NCBI GenBank assembly: GCA_951406725.2
Contig: OX597814.1
Coordinates: 81,778,001-81,842,000, forward strand
DNA length: 64,000 nucleotides
Reading direction: 5' to 3'
Source of the DNA: Octopus vulgaris
Taxonomy: Eukaryota
This document shows, one piece after another, positions 51,190-64,000 of the stretch. Numbering within the stretch: position 1 is the first letter of the stretch; each line of letters starts with the position of its first letter. A program made the position numbers and the translations under genes. The notes under the pieces were generated by a model. The model saw only the letters and a program-made list of their open reading frames with translations, made no database searches and was not told where the DNA came from.

Positions 51190-52847
51190 TTTGGCACAAG
51201 GTCAGCAACTTCGTGGGGAGGGTTAAGTCGATCACATCAACTCCATTGTTCAACTGGTACTTATTTTATAGGCCCCCAAGAGGAGGAAAAGTAAAATCGA
51301 CTTTGGTGGAATTTGAACTCAGAACGCAAAGACAGACAAAATGCCGCTAAACATTTTCTTCAGAGTGGTAACGATTCTGTCAGCACGCTGCCCTAGGCCC
51401 TGTCCCTAATTTTAAGAAAAAATAGTCTGGTAGATTGACGCTGTCGTTACAGCTTCGAATAAAATTCATTGCAGTATTTAGTCAATGTTTTTAACGTCTG
51501 AGTTCAAATCCTGCTCTGATAAGCTCTACCTTTTACTCCTCCGTATTCGATAAAATAAAGTACCTGTCAAGTTACTGAGGTCGATGGTATTGACTAAACC
51601 CCTCCCCTAAAAATGATGGTCTTGTGCGTAAATTAAAAAAAGAAAAACTTGAATTTTTGAGTAAGGCGAGTAGTTGAGAGGATCGCTAGAGCGTCAGAAA
51701 AACGCCTCGAAGCATTTGTTCCGTCTTTTTACGTTCTGAGTTCAAATTCAGAATGCCGAGGTCGACTTTGCCTTTCTTCCTTTCGGGGATCGATGAAATA
51801 AAGTATCAGTAAACTTCTGAGACCAATATAATCAGCTAACCCCTTCCTTGAAAATTGCAGGGCTTGAGCTAAAATTTGAAAGAATTATTATTATTATTAT
51901 TATTATTGCTGTTATTGTGATGTTTTAAACTCTTCTACTTGTTAGTGAGATGCCTTGCTGTTTGTTTTAAAGTAGATATCTGTTTACTTATCTCCCTCGC
52001 CCCACCTCCATATCATTATTTCAGTTGAACCTAATAAGTTGGTTTTCCTTTGCTTATTTCTTGTGACTTCTTTATGTTTTTATTCATTCATTCTTGGGGC
52101 TTATTTTTGTTTTTCTTTCTTCAAATCTTTGAAGTCACATGTTAGTAATGGATAGCATTATTGTAACCAATAACGCGTTGTAAACGACACAGCTATTCAC
52201 AATAATTTTAACCTATGCTTTCTCTCTATTACACTCAGCTCATCAAAGTTTTTTTTTTTCTTTTTCATGACTGAGAAGTTGGTTGTTTTAAGGGTAAGTG
52301 GGGGCGAAATGTTTGAGTAAACAAGGTGTTGAACAACCAGTTCGTAAATCTTAAGTTCAAATATGGTACAGACATTTTGTTGTCTGGAGGTTAATCACAC
52401 CTCATATTTCCCTATTACGACGAGCTAATAAGGAAGCCGCTTACATAGTCGTAGCTCGACCCGGTACATTTCCCATACAACATCATCTCAAAACAGAACT
52501 CACATTAGATCATCTACTCCTGGATAATCATTAGATAATCTTCCTGTTCCGGGTACAGTGACAATAAAAATATCGATCGCCTAGAATTAGGAATTAATTT
52601 AATTAAGGATGTTGATTTTGGATGTTTCGCTTATTCAAGAGTTGAGTTTTTAATTTCACCGGAGTGTAAATACTTATAATGGTAATATGAAAAAAAAAAA
52701 ATTAATTCAGTTCAATTAAAAAGCAAGAGTATGCAACGCATTGTAAACCACACTATAATTAACGAAAAAAATTATCTGTACACAGGCTATGCATTGCCTC
52801 TCCGATGCCTCTTTTTTCATAATTTATCTATTCGATGCCTTTTTTTC

Positions 52848-52849
<2 letters not shown>

Positions 52850-52920
<71 letters not shown>

Positions 52921-52923
52921 ATA

Positions 52924-52971
<48 letters not shown>

Positions 52972-53017
52972 CTTGCCTGTCTGTCTGTTTGCTTGCCTAT
53001 TTGTCTGTCTGTTTGCC

Positions 53018-53054
<37 letters not shown>

Positions 53055-53678
53055 ATCTATTCATTCAACTCCTTCTTTATACGTATATATACATTTAGAA
53101 GGAGAGAGAGAAAGAGAAGGGGAAGAGAATGTACATACATACTATCACATACGCGAAAAACTTGATAAAGCACTAGAAGATTGTAAGTAAATGACCGTTT
53201 TAACAATGTTCAATATATAACGGTCAAATGAAACTGACAGAACCAATGAAACAATTGTAGGTTTAGTTTTAATGGCGGTTCATACTTTATTTCATGCCGA
53301 CATCTTTAAACGTCAGAAATACTTTTTGGCGATGATGTATAGCTGAGGAGAATTTTGAGCAGCTATTTGGACATACCAATCTTCTTCCTTTCCGCTATTC
53401 TTTTCCAAATGTTTGCCTTCTATTTCATCGAGTGTATGTATGTATGTATGTATGTATGTATGTATGTATGTATGTATGTATGTATGTATGTATGTATGTA
53501 TGTATATATGCATGTATGTATGTATGTATGTATGTATGTATGTATGTATGTATGTATGTATGTATGTATGTATGTATGTATGTATGTATGTATGTTTGTA
53601 TGTATGTACGTTGTGTTCTAAAGGTTGTGTTGAAAAAATGATAAGTTACCAAAAGTTGTGCGTCTGTGCGTGTGGGTG

Positions 53679-53710
<32 letters not shown>

Positions 53711-53742
53711 TGTATGCATTTATGTATATACAAACATATATA

Positions 53743-53820
<78 letters not shown>

Positions 53821-53924
53821 GCATACGTGACAGAGCATGGTTAATAAGACTATGTATACGAAAAAAAGATGAATAATTTTACATAAAGATCGCATTCTGT
53901 TATGACGTCCTGATGTTCATAAAA

Positions 53925-53975
<51 letters not shown>

Positions 53976-54432
53976 TACACACACATAGGTAGATAGATAT
54001 ATGAATATAAGCATGTGTGTGTGTTTATGTATAAATATATATTTATAAAATCTATCGTTAAAAAGATCACACTACACACAATCTGTTTCTCTCTCTCTCT
54101 ATATTTATGTATGCAAGCATGTGTATGTATATATGCATGTATGTATGTATGTATGTATGTATGTATGTATGTATGTATGTATGTATGTATGTACGTACGT
54201 ACGTACGTATGTATGTATGTATGTATGTATGTATGTATGTATGTATGTATGTACGTACGTACGTACGTACGTATGTATGTATGTATGTATGTATGTATGT
54301 ATGTATGTATGTATGTATGTATGTATGTATGTATGTATGAATGTATGTATGTATGTATGTATGCATGTATGCATGTATGTATGTATGTATGTATGTATGT
54401 ATGTATGTATGTATGTATGTATGTATGTATGT
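52850..54432. repeat. dense tetranucleotide microsatellite field: (TATC)n, (TGTC)n, (TATG)n, (TACG)n, (CA)n
   Basis: Directly visible. Confidence 0.95.
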
Positions 54433-54977
54433 ACAATCTAATGACAGCTATTAACCAGAAACTTCGAAGTAACTCCCGACTTTTAATATACTCAAAAATA
54501 GTCAATTGAAAGGTACTGAGTGATACTGTAGTTAATATTTGACTGTAGTTTGTATAAAACTGCTATACACAAAAGCAAATGTGTGTGTGTGTGCGTGTAT
54601 GTGTACATTGAAGCACGGATGGTTTCCCAGTGTGAATAATGACAAAAGTAAGTTGAACATGATGTATATATTATCATGGTAAATGGTTCAATTAGTAAAT
54701 CTATACGAAAAGATAAGAATTCTAGCAATTCAGTAATTTCGATTTTGGTATTTATCATCACCAGTTGTCTTTTTAATAACAGAATCCAACTGAACCGGAA
54801 AGTATTTCGAATATTTCCTTTAAAATCCGTACGAATCCATACGTTTCATCCCATCTCCATGTTAAGCATGCGCGCACTGGTATTGGAACGCCACGCATCC
54901 TCTTCCAAGTAAGTTTTATCTATCTATATATGTGTATGTGTGTGTGTGTGTATACATACAAACGCACAGATATATAA

Positions 54978-55020
<43 letters not shown>

Positions 55021-55151
55021 TTAAATATATACGTGCGTGCACGTGTATGTTTTGTGTACCTGTTGCGCCTGTGTGTGTGTGTGACGTTTGTCTTACGAAT
55101 TTAAGGATTGTGTTTTTATTTTGATTTTGAAAATTTTGAATATAGATATAT

Positions 55152-55372
55152 ATTTCTTTACTACCCACAAGGGGCTAAACACAGAGAGGACAAACAAACG
55201 GATTAAGTCGATTATATCGACCCCAGTGCGTAACTGGTACTTATTTAATCGACCCCGAAAGGATGAAAGGTAAAGTCGATCTCGGCGGAATCTGAACTCA
55301 CAACGTAGCGGCAGACGAAATACGGCTACGCTTTTCGCCCGGCGTGCTAACGTCTCTGCCAGCTCGCCGCCT
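55152..55372 (-). mobile_element. family B SINE (full length)
   Basis: Reverse complement of 38815-39045. Confidence 0.85.
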
Positions 55373-58300
55373 TTTTGAATATAGATATAGGTTTTGAATA
55401 TAGATATAGGTTTGCTCCATCAAGAGGCGAAGTGATTTCCACGGCTTTATTAGACTATCCTGGGCTGTAGAGCAGAATGGGCGAAGGATTACCCTGATCA
55501 TCAGCCCTCACGGAATCACTTCTTGTCGAACAAGATATCCATATGGCAGTTTAAATATAATTAGTTTAACGTGGGATGGGCAGTTGCACATCAGCTGTCA
55601 CAGGTCGCCCACATGTAATCAACAATGAAAATCCGGTTCTTATGATAAAACTAAGATGATTGGTGCATTTTGTTTCTCATTTGAAATTATGTATAGGATC
55701 GGTTATGAGAATATTATTGATTTGTGTATGTTAAGATATCTAATCTGAAAGATATAAAAAAAAAAATATGGTCCAGCTATTGTTACAAAAGTGTGTTGCA
55801 GGGGGTATTAGGGAGTGTTGTAAGACGTAAGTAGGTACTAGGAATAGGTACTAATGTTTGACCATCTTCAAAAACGAGTTACTCAAAATTTGGTTATGCA
55901 TAATTATGATTAACAAAACAAGCTATGCTACAGAGTCTTTAGTTTTTTCCAGTTTGTATCGAAATCAAAATTAAAAATAGGCGTATTGGCTTAGTCAGGG
56001 AGGAAGATTAGTGATTCTGTGGTCTGGTTGAATGCTTGCAACAGCGTAAGCCCTACTAAATGCATCCAAAAAACTAAATGTTTGTTAAAATGGGTGGAAA
56101 AGTAAGTGAACCACTTCTCAAAACAGATACAGTTCACCCGACGAGATCTGCACAGTTTCTGTTTATCTAAATTCACGGACAAGGTTTGACACGACCATGG
56201 CTACGACAGTAGAAGACATGTCAGTAAGATGATCAACAGTGGTATCAACTCCAAAACAGGTAGCGAGTTGTCTAAATTGTCAGAGTAAGATAGAATACCT
56301 CGTGGTATTTATCTCGACCCTCCGTACTGATTCAAGCGCAGCCGAAATCAACTTTGCCTTCCTTTTTGGGGGGGATCGATAAAAAAAAAACCAATTCAGG
56401 TCAGTGTAAAAAAAAATAAGACTTTCGGACCGGATATTTGTGGTATTTGTTTAAGCTGTTTTTTTAAACTTGGGTGGGAGACTTAAATCTTTGCTCGGTA
56501 TAATATCGTTGGGTGTCTTCAGCGAAGATCACTCTGCTGCAAGCATTCGGGCTCGGTTTCCAGCTCGGGTATACATTCCTCCTGCCAGCCCACCAGTTTC
56601 GGAGGCCTTGTAAAGAGCTACGGGCGTTGCTCTTTCCTCTAGCTAAAAAAAATAAAAAATAAAAAAAGGAAAAAAAGAAAGAAAAAAAAACGTATTCCAA
56701 TGACATGGAATCCAACACCATCTGATTGTGAAACGTACTTCTTTACCTTCACAGCTATGCTTACGACAATCTATATTTTGATATTTATAATTGTGCTTTT
56801 TAAGAGATTCTTTTTGATTTCAGGCAATAGGATTCGAATTCAACACAGAACGCTAACGGTGATATTACAATATTTTAGCTGCTTACAGTAGCAATTTATG
56901 AATTATCTGTGGTAACAATGTATAATTAGGTGGATTAAGCCTGCGTGAGTTCCTTGTTTAGTAATAGAAACAACGCAGCATTTGTGTCAAGTTAAAAATC
57001 TTCGGCTCTTCACCTATATGCTTACTGTTCAGTCGACTTGGCCAGTTGCTGTCGTTATTGTTTAACCCCTGATAAACTTTGCCAAGCAGACATATGATCA
57101 AAAGGTATTAGAGCAATGACCATATATAGGACACTATCGCCCAATGTGACCATTTTTAAAAAAAAACCGTTGGCATTAGATTTAAGGAAGATTTGGCTGA
57201 TATTTTTAGTAGGTTGAGCAACTATAGAGGATTTTAGGTGAGGTTAAGAATAGTTGACTGAGGTAAATGCTCAATCTGAGAATGCCACGCTATAACATTA
57301 TGTTGTTTATCTTATGGTCACTGTTGATCGGACACATCTGTGGCAATTCCAGGTTATATTTAGACATAGCGTAACTAGGATTACAATATAAGTAAGATAT
57401 TATATATCTTATCATTTTCGATGGGTTCTTTTAAAACACATTCTGGAAGTAAGCAAAAAGTAAGTAGAGTAATGTAGTTAGGCCAGCACTCAAATTTTCC
57501 AGCATTTTTTGTCGTATACAAGTGACCCTATTATCTTGGAGTTATAACGTATATGGAAACTCATCTGCCAAAAGATTAATATGTCTTTAACAAGAAAAAA
57601 GTAAATATATATTCCCATGACTAAAGTTACACAAATGTATTGATTAGCACCTGGTCAGCTCGGTTCAAGGAGACCTATAATCAAAGATGTTCCAACTGTA
57701 AACACTCAGTCTTTTCTCAAACACAATGTACCCAAGACTATATTAACCCATGTGTGTTTTGTAAAATAATAACGTAGTTAGTGAGAATTCTGGCTGCTAT
57801 ATGCGACGGGAATTTTTTTTAAAATTTACTTTATAGTTTTATCAGAGAATGAAAGGATCCTCATGATCCTTTTTCAGGGCCTCCAAAATTGGTCAGAGGA
57901 ATAGAGAAAGTTATTTTCAAACCGGAGACTTCACCAAAACGCTTGACATGTGATAAATAGCTATAAAAGCATCCTAAGCGGTGTAAGTGAAGAGAATGAA
58001 GTAAATTAGCTTTCATCTGGAATTAAAAAAGAAAGACTTCCAGACACAGTTCGCTGGAAGCTTATGGTCTGCAATAAGATAAGTATTATTAGGTACCTTC
58101 TCTTGGGATATAAGGAATATTAACATCAATGATATGAAAACAGGTTGTCCATTTGACGTAGTTTCACATAGTTACAGTGCATCAAATTTCCCTCACAAAG
58201 CGTTAGCCGATTCGAGTCTTTAGTAGAAAATACTTGCTCAAGGTGTTGCGCAGTGGGACTGGACAAAAAGTTACGTAGTTACAAAGAGAACCGCTTAACC

Positions 58301-58539
58301 ACCCAGCCATATCATACCAAGAACACACCAGCCAGTGTAATCTGGATCCCCATAAAAATGTAATTGCTCTCATTACATTTCCCTTTTAGTTTATTTGATA
58401 TTGTTCCTATGTAAAACTTCTGCAAAACTTTTACACGTTGTTGTTACTCTTATTGTCCTTGATGTTTCGCTCCAGATCGGCATTAATTGAACAAATCTAT
58501 TATTAAAAATATTCCAACTGTCATATTTCCGTAACTCGA

Positions 58540-58720
58540 TTGAGGGCGTAGCTCGGAGATGAGAAAGTCTCTACAGATCAAACCGCTTCTTCTCTGCATT
58601 GAGAGGTCATAGCTCCGGTACTACGAACATGTGATTAGAGTGTCGTGGGATAGAATCACAAGACAGATTCTTCAAGCCAAGCCAACCGGCAGGAAACCTA
58701 AGGATAGACGAAGGATGAGG
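58540..58720 (+). mobile_element. RTE LINE C-terminal relic
   Basis: LRYYEHVIRVSWDRITRQILQAKPTGRKPKDR resembles LRW.GHV.RM...R.P.......P.G.RP.GRP. Confidence 0.6.
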
Positions 58721-59629
58721 GACCCCCCCTCCACCACCACTATTAACTCATCTCCACCGAGATTAGCATTAATTACCAGAAGCAGCAGTGCCTCCACCAC
58801 CACCACCACCACGAATACCATCAGCAAATGTATACCAACCGTGACCAACCGCGACCAGCTATCTTTTTTTTTAAGAAGGTAAGTTATAAACTGAGGGAGA
58901 CGAGCTGCCAATACATCCCTCAAAATACCAAGTCTTTTGAGTATAAGCGGAGCAAGCGAACTCTAATGGGAATTAAAAAAACAAAACAGAAAAAAAGAAA
59001 AAAGACTTTCGGATACAGCTCATCAGGAGCTGATCATCTACAAGATAAATGCTGTTAAGTAGCATGTCACAGGACATAAAGAATATCATCATCAATGTTA
59101 CGAAGACAAACTTAACGTATAATTGTAGCAATTTGTCGTCGTACACGTCTGGACGCTTGGTTGGCGGACATGTGACAGTAATCTTTCCGGAAGTTTGAAT
59201 TACTCCCTAAATTATAAGAGACTTTTTATTTGAAATTCGAGATCTCTTATTTCCACAATGCCATCCTTGGTTTGTCACAACAAATTCCATTGCATTATTT
59301 ATTTATTTATCTATTTATTTATTTTATTTATTTATTTGTCGTTACAAAGGAATTGTTTAAAATTCCAGCTCATAATCATTGGAATTAACATTTGCTTTCT
59401 GATAGAAATATTGTTCATTTGGTTGTAAAGAATTAAAATTTTTTTAATGAAATGAAACCCTATAGAACTATAACTGTATATTTCTGAGTTTTTGGATGGT
59501 GACTTTCGTATAAAAAGAACAGCAGCCGATTCTTTTCTTATTGTATGTATCGAACTTACCCCCGCATATATCTTTATTCACTTAACAATAACATGTCTTA
59601 CATATTGATAGTCAGTTTAGTGGCTTCAA

Positions 59630-60442
59630 ATTTTAGCACAAGGCCAGTAACTTTAAGTGCAGTGGGACGGTCGATTACATCGATCCCAGTACTTGACTGG
59701 TGTTTATTTTATCAATGCTGGAAGGATGAAAGGCAAAGTCAACCTCGGCAGAATTTGAACTTAAAACGTAGAGACTCAGAAAACTGTCGTTATGCATTAT
59801 GTCTAACGTGCCAACGATACTGCTAACTCGATATATTTCTAATTTCTATAGAAGGCCAGGAATTTTAGGTGTGGAGGTAAGTCGTTTACGCTTACCCCAG
59901 TGGTCAAATAGAACTTATATTATAGACCCTGAAAGGATGAAGGCAAAGTCGGCCTCGGCTCACTCTGTAAAGACGGAAGAAATGTCGCTTAGCATTTTGT
60001 CCAACGTGCAAACGATACAGCCATTTTAGATGGTTAATATAATCCTTTCTACTGGAAGCACAAGGCCACATATTTGGAGGAAGGGATTAAGTCGATTACA
60101 TCGACTCCAGTGCGTAACTGGTACTTAATTTTATCGACTCCGAAAAGATGAAAGGCAAAGTCGACCTCGGCGGAATTTGAACTCAGAACGTAACGGCAGA
60201 CGAAATACCTATTTCTTGACTACCCACTAGGGGCTAAACACAGAGAGGACAAACAAGGACAGACAAACGGATTAAGTCGATGATATCGACCCCAGTGCGA
60301 AACTGGTACTTAATTTATCGACCCCAAAAGGATGAAAAGCAAAGTCAACCTTGGCGGAATTTGAACCCATAACTTAAAGACAGACGAAATACCGCTAAGA
60401 ATTTCTCCCGACGCGCTAACGGTTCTGCCAGCTCACCGTCCT
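59630..60442 (-). mobile_element. cluster of family B SINE copies
   Basis: Repeated GATGAAAGGCAAAGTCGACCTCGGCGGAATTTGAAC blocks. A tandem dimer lies at about 60085-60442. Confidence 0.8.
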
Positions 60443-60588
60443 TTAGTTAGTTAATATAATACGATCAAATTTTAAAAGGAGATCAATTCACAATCTAACA
60501 AGAACCTAAGTAAGCAATATGCATTTCTCAACATAATGAAAATTTAAAAGGTTGACTATTCGCCTAGAAAATATTTACATACGTAGCC

Positions 60589-60656
<68 letters not shown>

Positions 60657-60718
60657 TGTGTGTGTGTGTGTGCGATCTGACGAGTGAACCCGGAACCATG
60701 TGGTTGGTAAACACACAA

Positions 60719-60755
<37 letters not shown>

Positions 60756-60786
60756 GACACATATATACACACACACACGCCCAGAA

Positions 60787-61940
60787 CCAGCTGGTTTGCA
60801 CATTATGGCAACACCATTGTTATGTTTTCATTATTTTGTGTAACATCCTTTCTTTTTTATTTCAGACTCTTCAGTTTTGGGTTGAACCATGCTAATATCT
60901 TTTGAATGAAAATAGCCTATCTTGACATTTCTTTTCAGAAAATGAAGGATAATGATACATATTAAGCGTACATTAAGTATATATTTAACAGAAAAACAAC
61001 AATATAACAACATTTATTGACATAATGAATTACTTAGCCACATAAGCGCCATTTCAACAGATATCTTCAAAAGCCCTATTAATTATGGAATCTGTTAATT
61101 TCTTAATAGTAGCGGGTTGGATTGTCTCTGCTGCAGCTCTGATGGTCGCCCATAAGACATCTTTCGACGTAAATTGGTGTCCATCGGCATAAACATCTTA
61201 TTTAATGATGGACCAAAGATTTTCGAAAGGGTTGAGATCCGGAGATGCCGGCGACCACACCATCAACCTTTCACCTTGTATGCCATAAGACCCTAGTAAT
61301 GTTTGGGTGGTCCTAGCAGAGTGGGAAGGAGCGTTGTCATGCATGAATATGAGATTCCTTAGAAGTAACAGCGGTATGTCATCTAGCCAGGGATCCAAGA
61401 CCTCCTTCACGAGATTGCAGTAAGCAGCTGCAGTCACTTTAACCCCTCCAGGCACCCTGACTGGGCCAACAAGTCTGTCCCCAATGATATAAGCCTACAA
61501 CATGACTCCTCCACCCTGTTGTTGACATTGTAAATGTTTGTGATGCTCATCTCCAAAATAGACTCAACCATTTGCCAGACTGTCAGGTCCATCAAGGGTC
61601 ACCCTGGTTTCGTCAGTGAATAGAACACAACTTATGTCTAACGTCATGTACTTTTGAGCCCATTGAAGCCTCAAACTCCTGTGTTGGGGCGTTAAAGGAG
61701 GCAGTTTCAGGGGTTCTAACACGGAAGCCATGGTCCCGAGGATGCGATTTCTGGTGGTTTTCGGTATATGAGGAAGTCCGGAGGCGGTGAAAATGGCTTT
61801 GCTTGTTTGTCCAGGTATTCCACGTAACTTGCAGCCAATATTTCTTAAATCCCTAGCTGTCACAGTTTTGGAGGTCATAACATAACAATGGTGTTGCCAT
61901 AGTGTGCAAACCAGCTGGGAAAAGTTTTATAAAAAATATA
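60787..61940 (-). mobile_element. Tc1/mariner DD37E (TRT-like) transposon, internally deleted
   Basis: FTDETRVTLDGPD, MHDNAPSH and SPDLNPFENLW, with 37 residues between the second D and the E. 40-bp inverted repeats at 60787-60826 and 61879-61918 with 1 mismatch. Confidence 0.85.
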
Positions 61941-61969
61941 TATATACACATATACACACATACACACTT

Positions 61970-62533
61970 ATTTTCATCCACGATGATGCAGACGTCTTCG
62001 TCACGATGTTTCAGACGACTAAGAAGTTTGGGACTTCTTTCAGCTTGAATAACTTTGGAATGGGTAGTTAGGATGTTGTGGTGTCTCCTTACGTATGATT
62101 TCATATGGAAGTTTGTCTCACAGCCCTATAGATGGTCATTTTACTGATTTCTCGATCTTGGGCCAACTTCGCCATCCTGCTAAGAAACGAGGTGTGCGTT
62201 TTCGGTCACTGAGAGAACTATAAAGCTTTCTCCGAACATCCTGACTTTTCTTCAAATTGGCTACAACTCCAGGAAACAGTAGATTTGGCATACTTTGTTG
62301 GCTCTAACATTCTCCCCAGCACTTTTGGCGGCGCGGAATAATTCGGAAATTACACATCTACGGTTTAATTTTTTATTAACATCTGTATTTTATTCAGTCA
62401 GAAATAAATAAAATAAAAAATACTACAAGTGATTATTCAAGTTGGTAATATTTAAAACTTAGACTCCAGCAAAATCTATACAATTAGAAATATGCTCATT
62501 TGAAACTTGTCCCAATTTACCTGTTACACTCTG
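61970..62533 (-). mobile_element. second Tc1/mariner-superfamily fragment (maT-like N-terminus)
   Basis: TA|CAGAGTGTAACAGGTAAATTGGGAC terminus and MAKLAQDREISKMTIYRAVR...MKSYVRRHHNILT...ERSPKLLSRLKH...IIVDE. Confidence 0.65.
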
Positions 62534-62660
62534 TATATATGTACAATAAAACACAAACTAGTGTTATCTTATTTTGTTAGGTTTCTAAACACTTTCCTTG
62601 AATATATATTTTATACTCCATGCTCGGTAGTACCTCAGCACTAAGTATATGTATGAAAAA

Positions 62661-62691
<31 letters not shown>

Positions 62692-63244
62692 TGTATGTAT
62701 GTATGTATGTATGTATGTATGTATGTATGTATGTATGTATGCATGCATATACATAGATACATGAATGCATACACACACGCAAACACACACATACACATAC
62801 ACACGCACGCATGTGTGTGTGGTTGTTTGTGTGTGCGTGTGTGTGTGTGTGTATCTGGATACATACTCAAGCTCATACACATATGTATCGCTTAAGCACG
62901 AAGCATCAAGTTATATAGATATGTACACATACTATCTCTTTTTAGAAATACATACACTTGTATACGTATATCTGATGTTTTAGACGATGTGCATTCAGCC
63001 GTTCCGTAAACTGCGTTATCTGTTCTTTGAGTTAGCAGGTATTTGACTGAGTATTCCGCAATATATCTATCTTAACGTAATGCTCAAGATGAGGTTTTAA
63101 TTACGGGTATTATCCACCCAACGGTCTTCTATGCAGTTCTCATTCATCCAGTTCCATATATATATATATATATGTATGTATGTGATTATATATATATATA
63201 TATGAATGTATGTGATTATATATATATATATATGTATGTATGTG

Positions 63245-63307
<63 letters not shown>

Positions 63308-63355
63308 ACTATATATAATATATATATACGTATAGATGTAAGTATGTACACATAC

Positions 63356-63394
<39 letters not shown>

Positions 63395-63404
63395 TGTATA
63401 TAAA

Positions 63405-63453
<49 letters not shown>

Positions 63454-63457
<4 letters not shown>

Positions 63458-63649
63458 ATCCAAACAAGAAAACACACAAAAAAACAACAAAAAACACAAC
63501 AACGCGAGGACGTGGAACAAATAAAGTATTATTGGATGCTCAGGAAAGAAGGGAAGAAGGAGGGTTTAACGTTTCGAGCGGAGCTCTTCGTCGGAAACAT
63601 AGGAGAAGGAAAGATCCCGAGAAGGGAAGACGGAGGAAAAAAATCGCCA
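63454..63649 (-). mobile_element. Penelope-like element 3' terminus
   Basis: Homologous to 31415-31620. It carries an HHR and ends at (TA)n. Confidence 0.65.
63564..63598 (-). ncRNA. minimal type I hammerhead ribozyme (core CCGACGA)
   Basis: Minus strand GTTT-CCGACGA-A-GAGC-TCC-GCTC-GAAAC-GTT-AAAC, with perfect stems I and II. Confidence 0.65.
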
Positions 63650-64000
63650 TACATATAAAGTTAAATAAGACCAGTTTATGGGATTACCCTGGGTTTCACG
63701 TCAAAAAGCGCTTAGCTTTATGGCATGTCATAAAATCCCAAACCTGTTGGTTTATGGTCTCTCTAGCGAGCGGCCACTCTAGAAAATGGTAGAGGAAAGG
63801 ACCTCGCTACTCAATGTCAGCAACAGGGGATTGTCTCTCTTTGGTTATCGATCGTAAGTGATCCTCTTGTGGGTTCCGATAGGCCAGCAGAAATTTCCTG
63901 AAATGCAAGCACGGTCCGAAGACATCCGTTCTGGAGTTAAGGATGATCCGTGGGTCGAGGGTGCTCGACCCACGCTCGACCAAGGGATCCCTTGGTTTCG

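Noticed and set aside
55429-55521. Stem-loop GAAGTGATT/AATCACTTC enclosing GGGCTG/CAGCCC and a minus-strand CTGATGA
   Set aside because: It fits neither hammerhead nor SECIS geometry and has no second copy in the window.

Overview
AT-rich, microsatellite-laden animal genomic DNA. The SINE families and repeat landscape suggest an octopus or other coleoid cephalopod, which is an inference. The only host gene I can support is coding exon 1 of a divergent CHMP4/Snf7 (ESCRT-III) gene at 3786-3969 (-). The rest is mobile DNA: a decayed Ty3/Gypsy LTR element, a nearly intact 5'-truncated RTE LINE, several RTE and Tx1-like relics, Penelope-like elements (PLEs) with GIY-YIG domains, three Tc1/mariner fragments (one DD37E), a non-autonomous Helitron, two TTAA MITEs and many tRNA-derived SINEs. 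The strongest hidden signal is at RNA level. At least eight hammerhead-ribozyme (HHR) motifs occur. Seven are minimal, dimer-type HHRs at PLE-type 3' ends, with covarying stem I and non-canonical cores. The eighth has a long stem I and lies inside a non-coding, highly structured 361-nt repeat unit with a perfect 149-bp inversion (40261-40814), a candidate cephalopod retrozyme or circular-RNA element. All calls were made by eye, and boundaries of decayed repeats are approximate.
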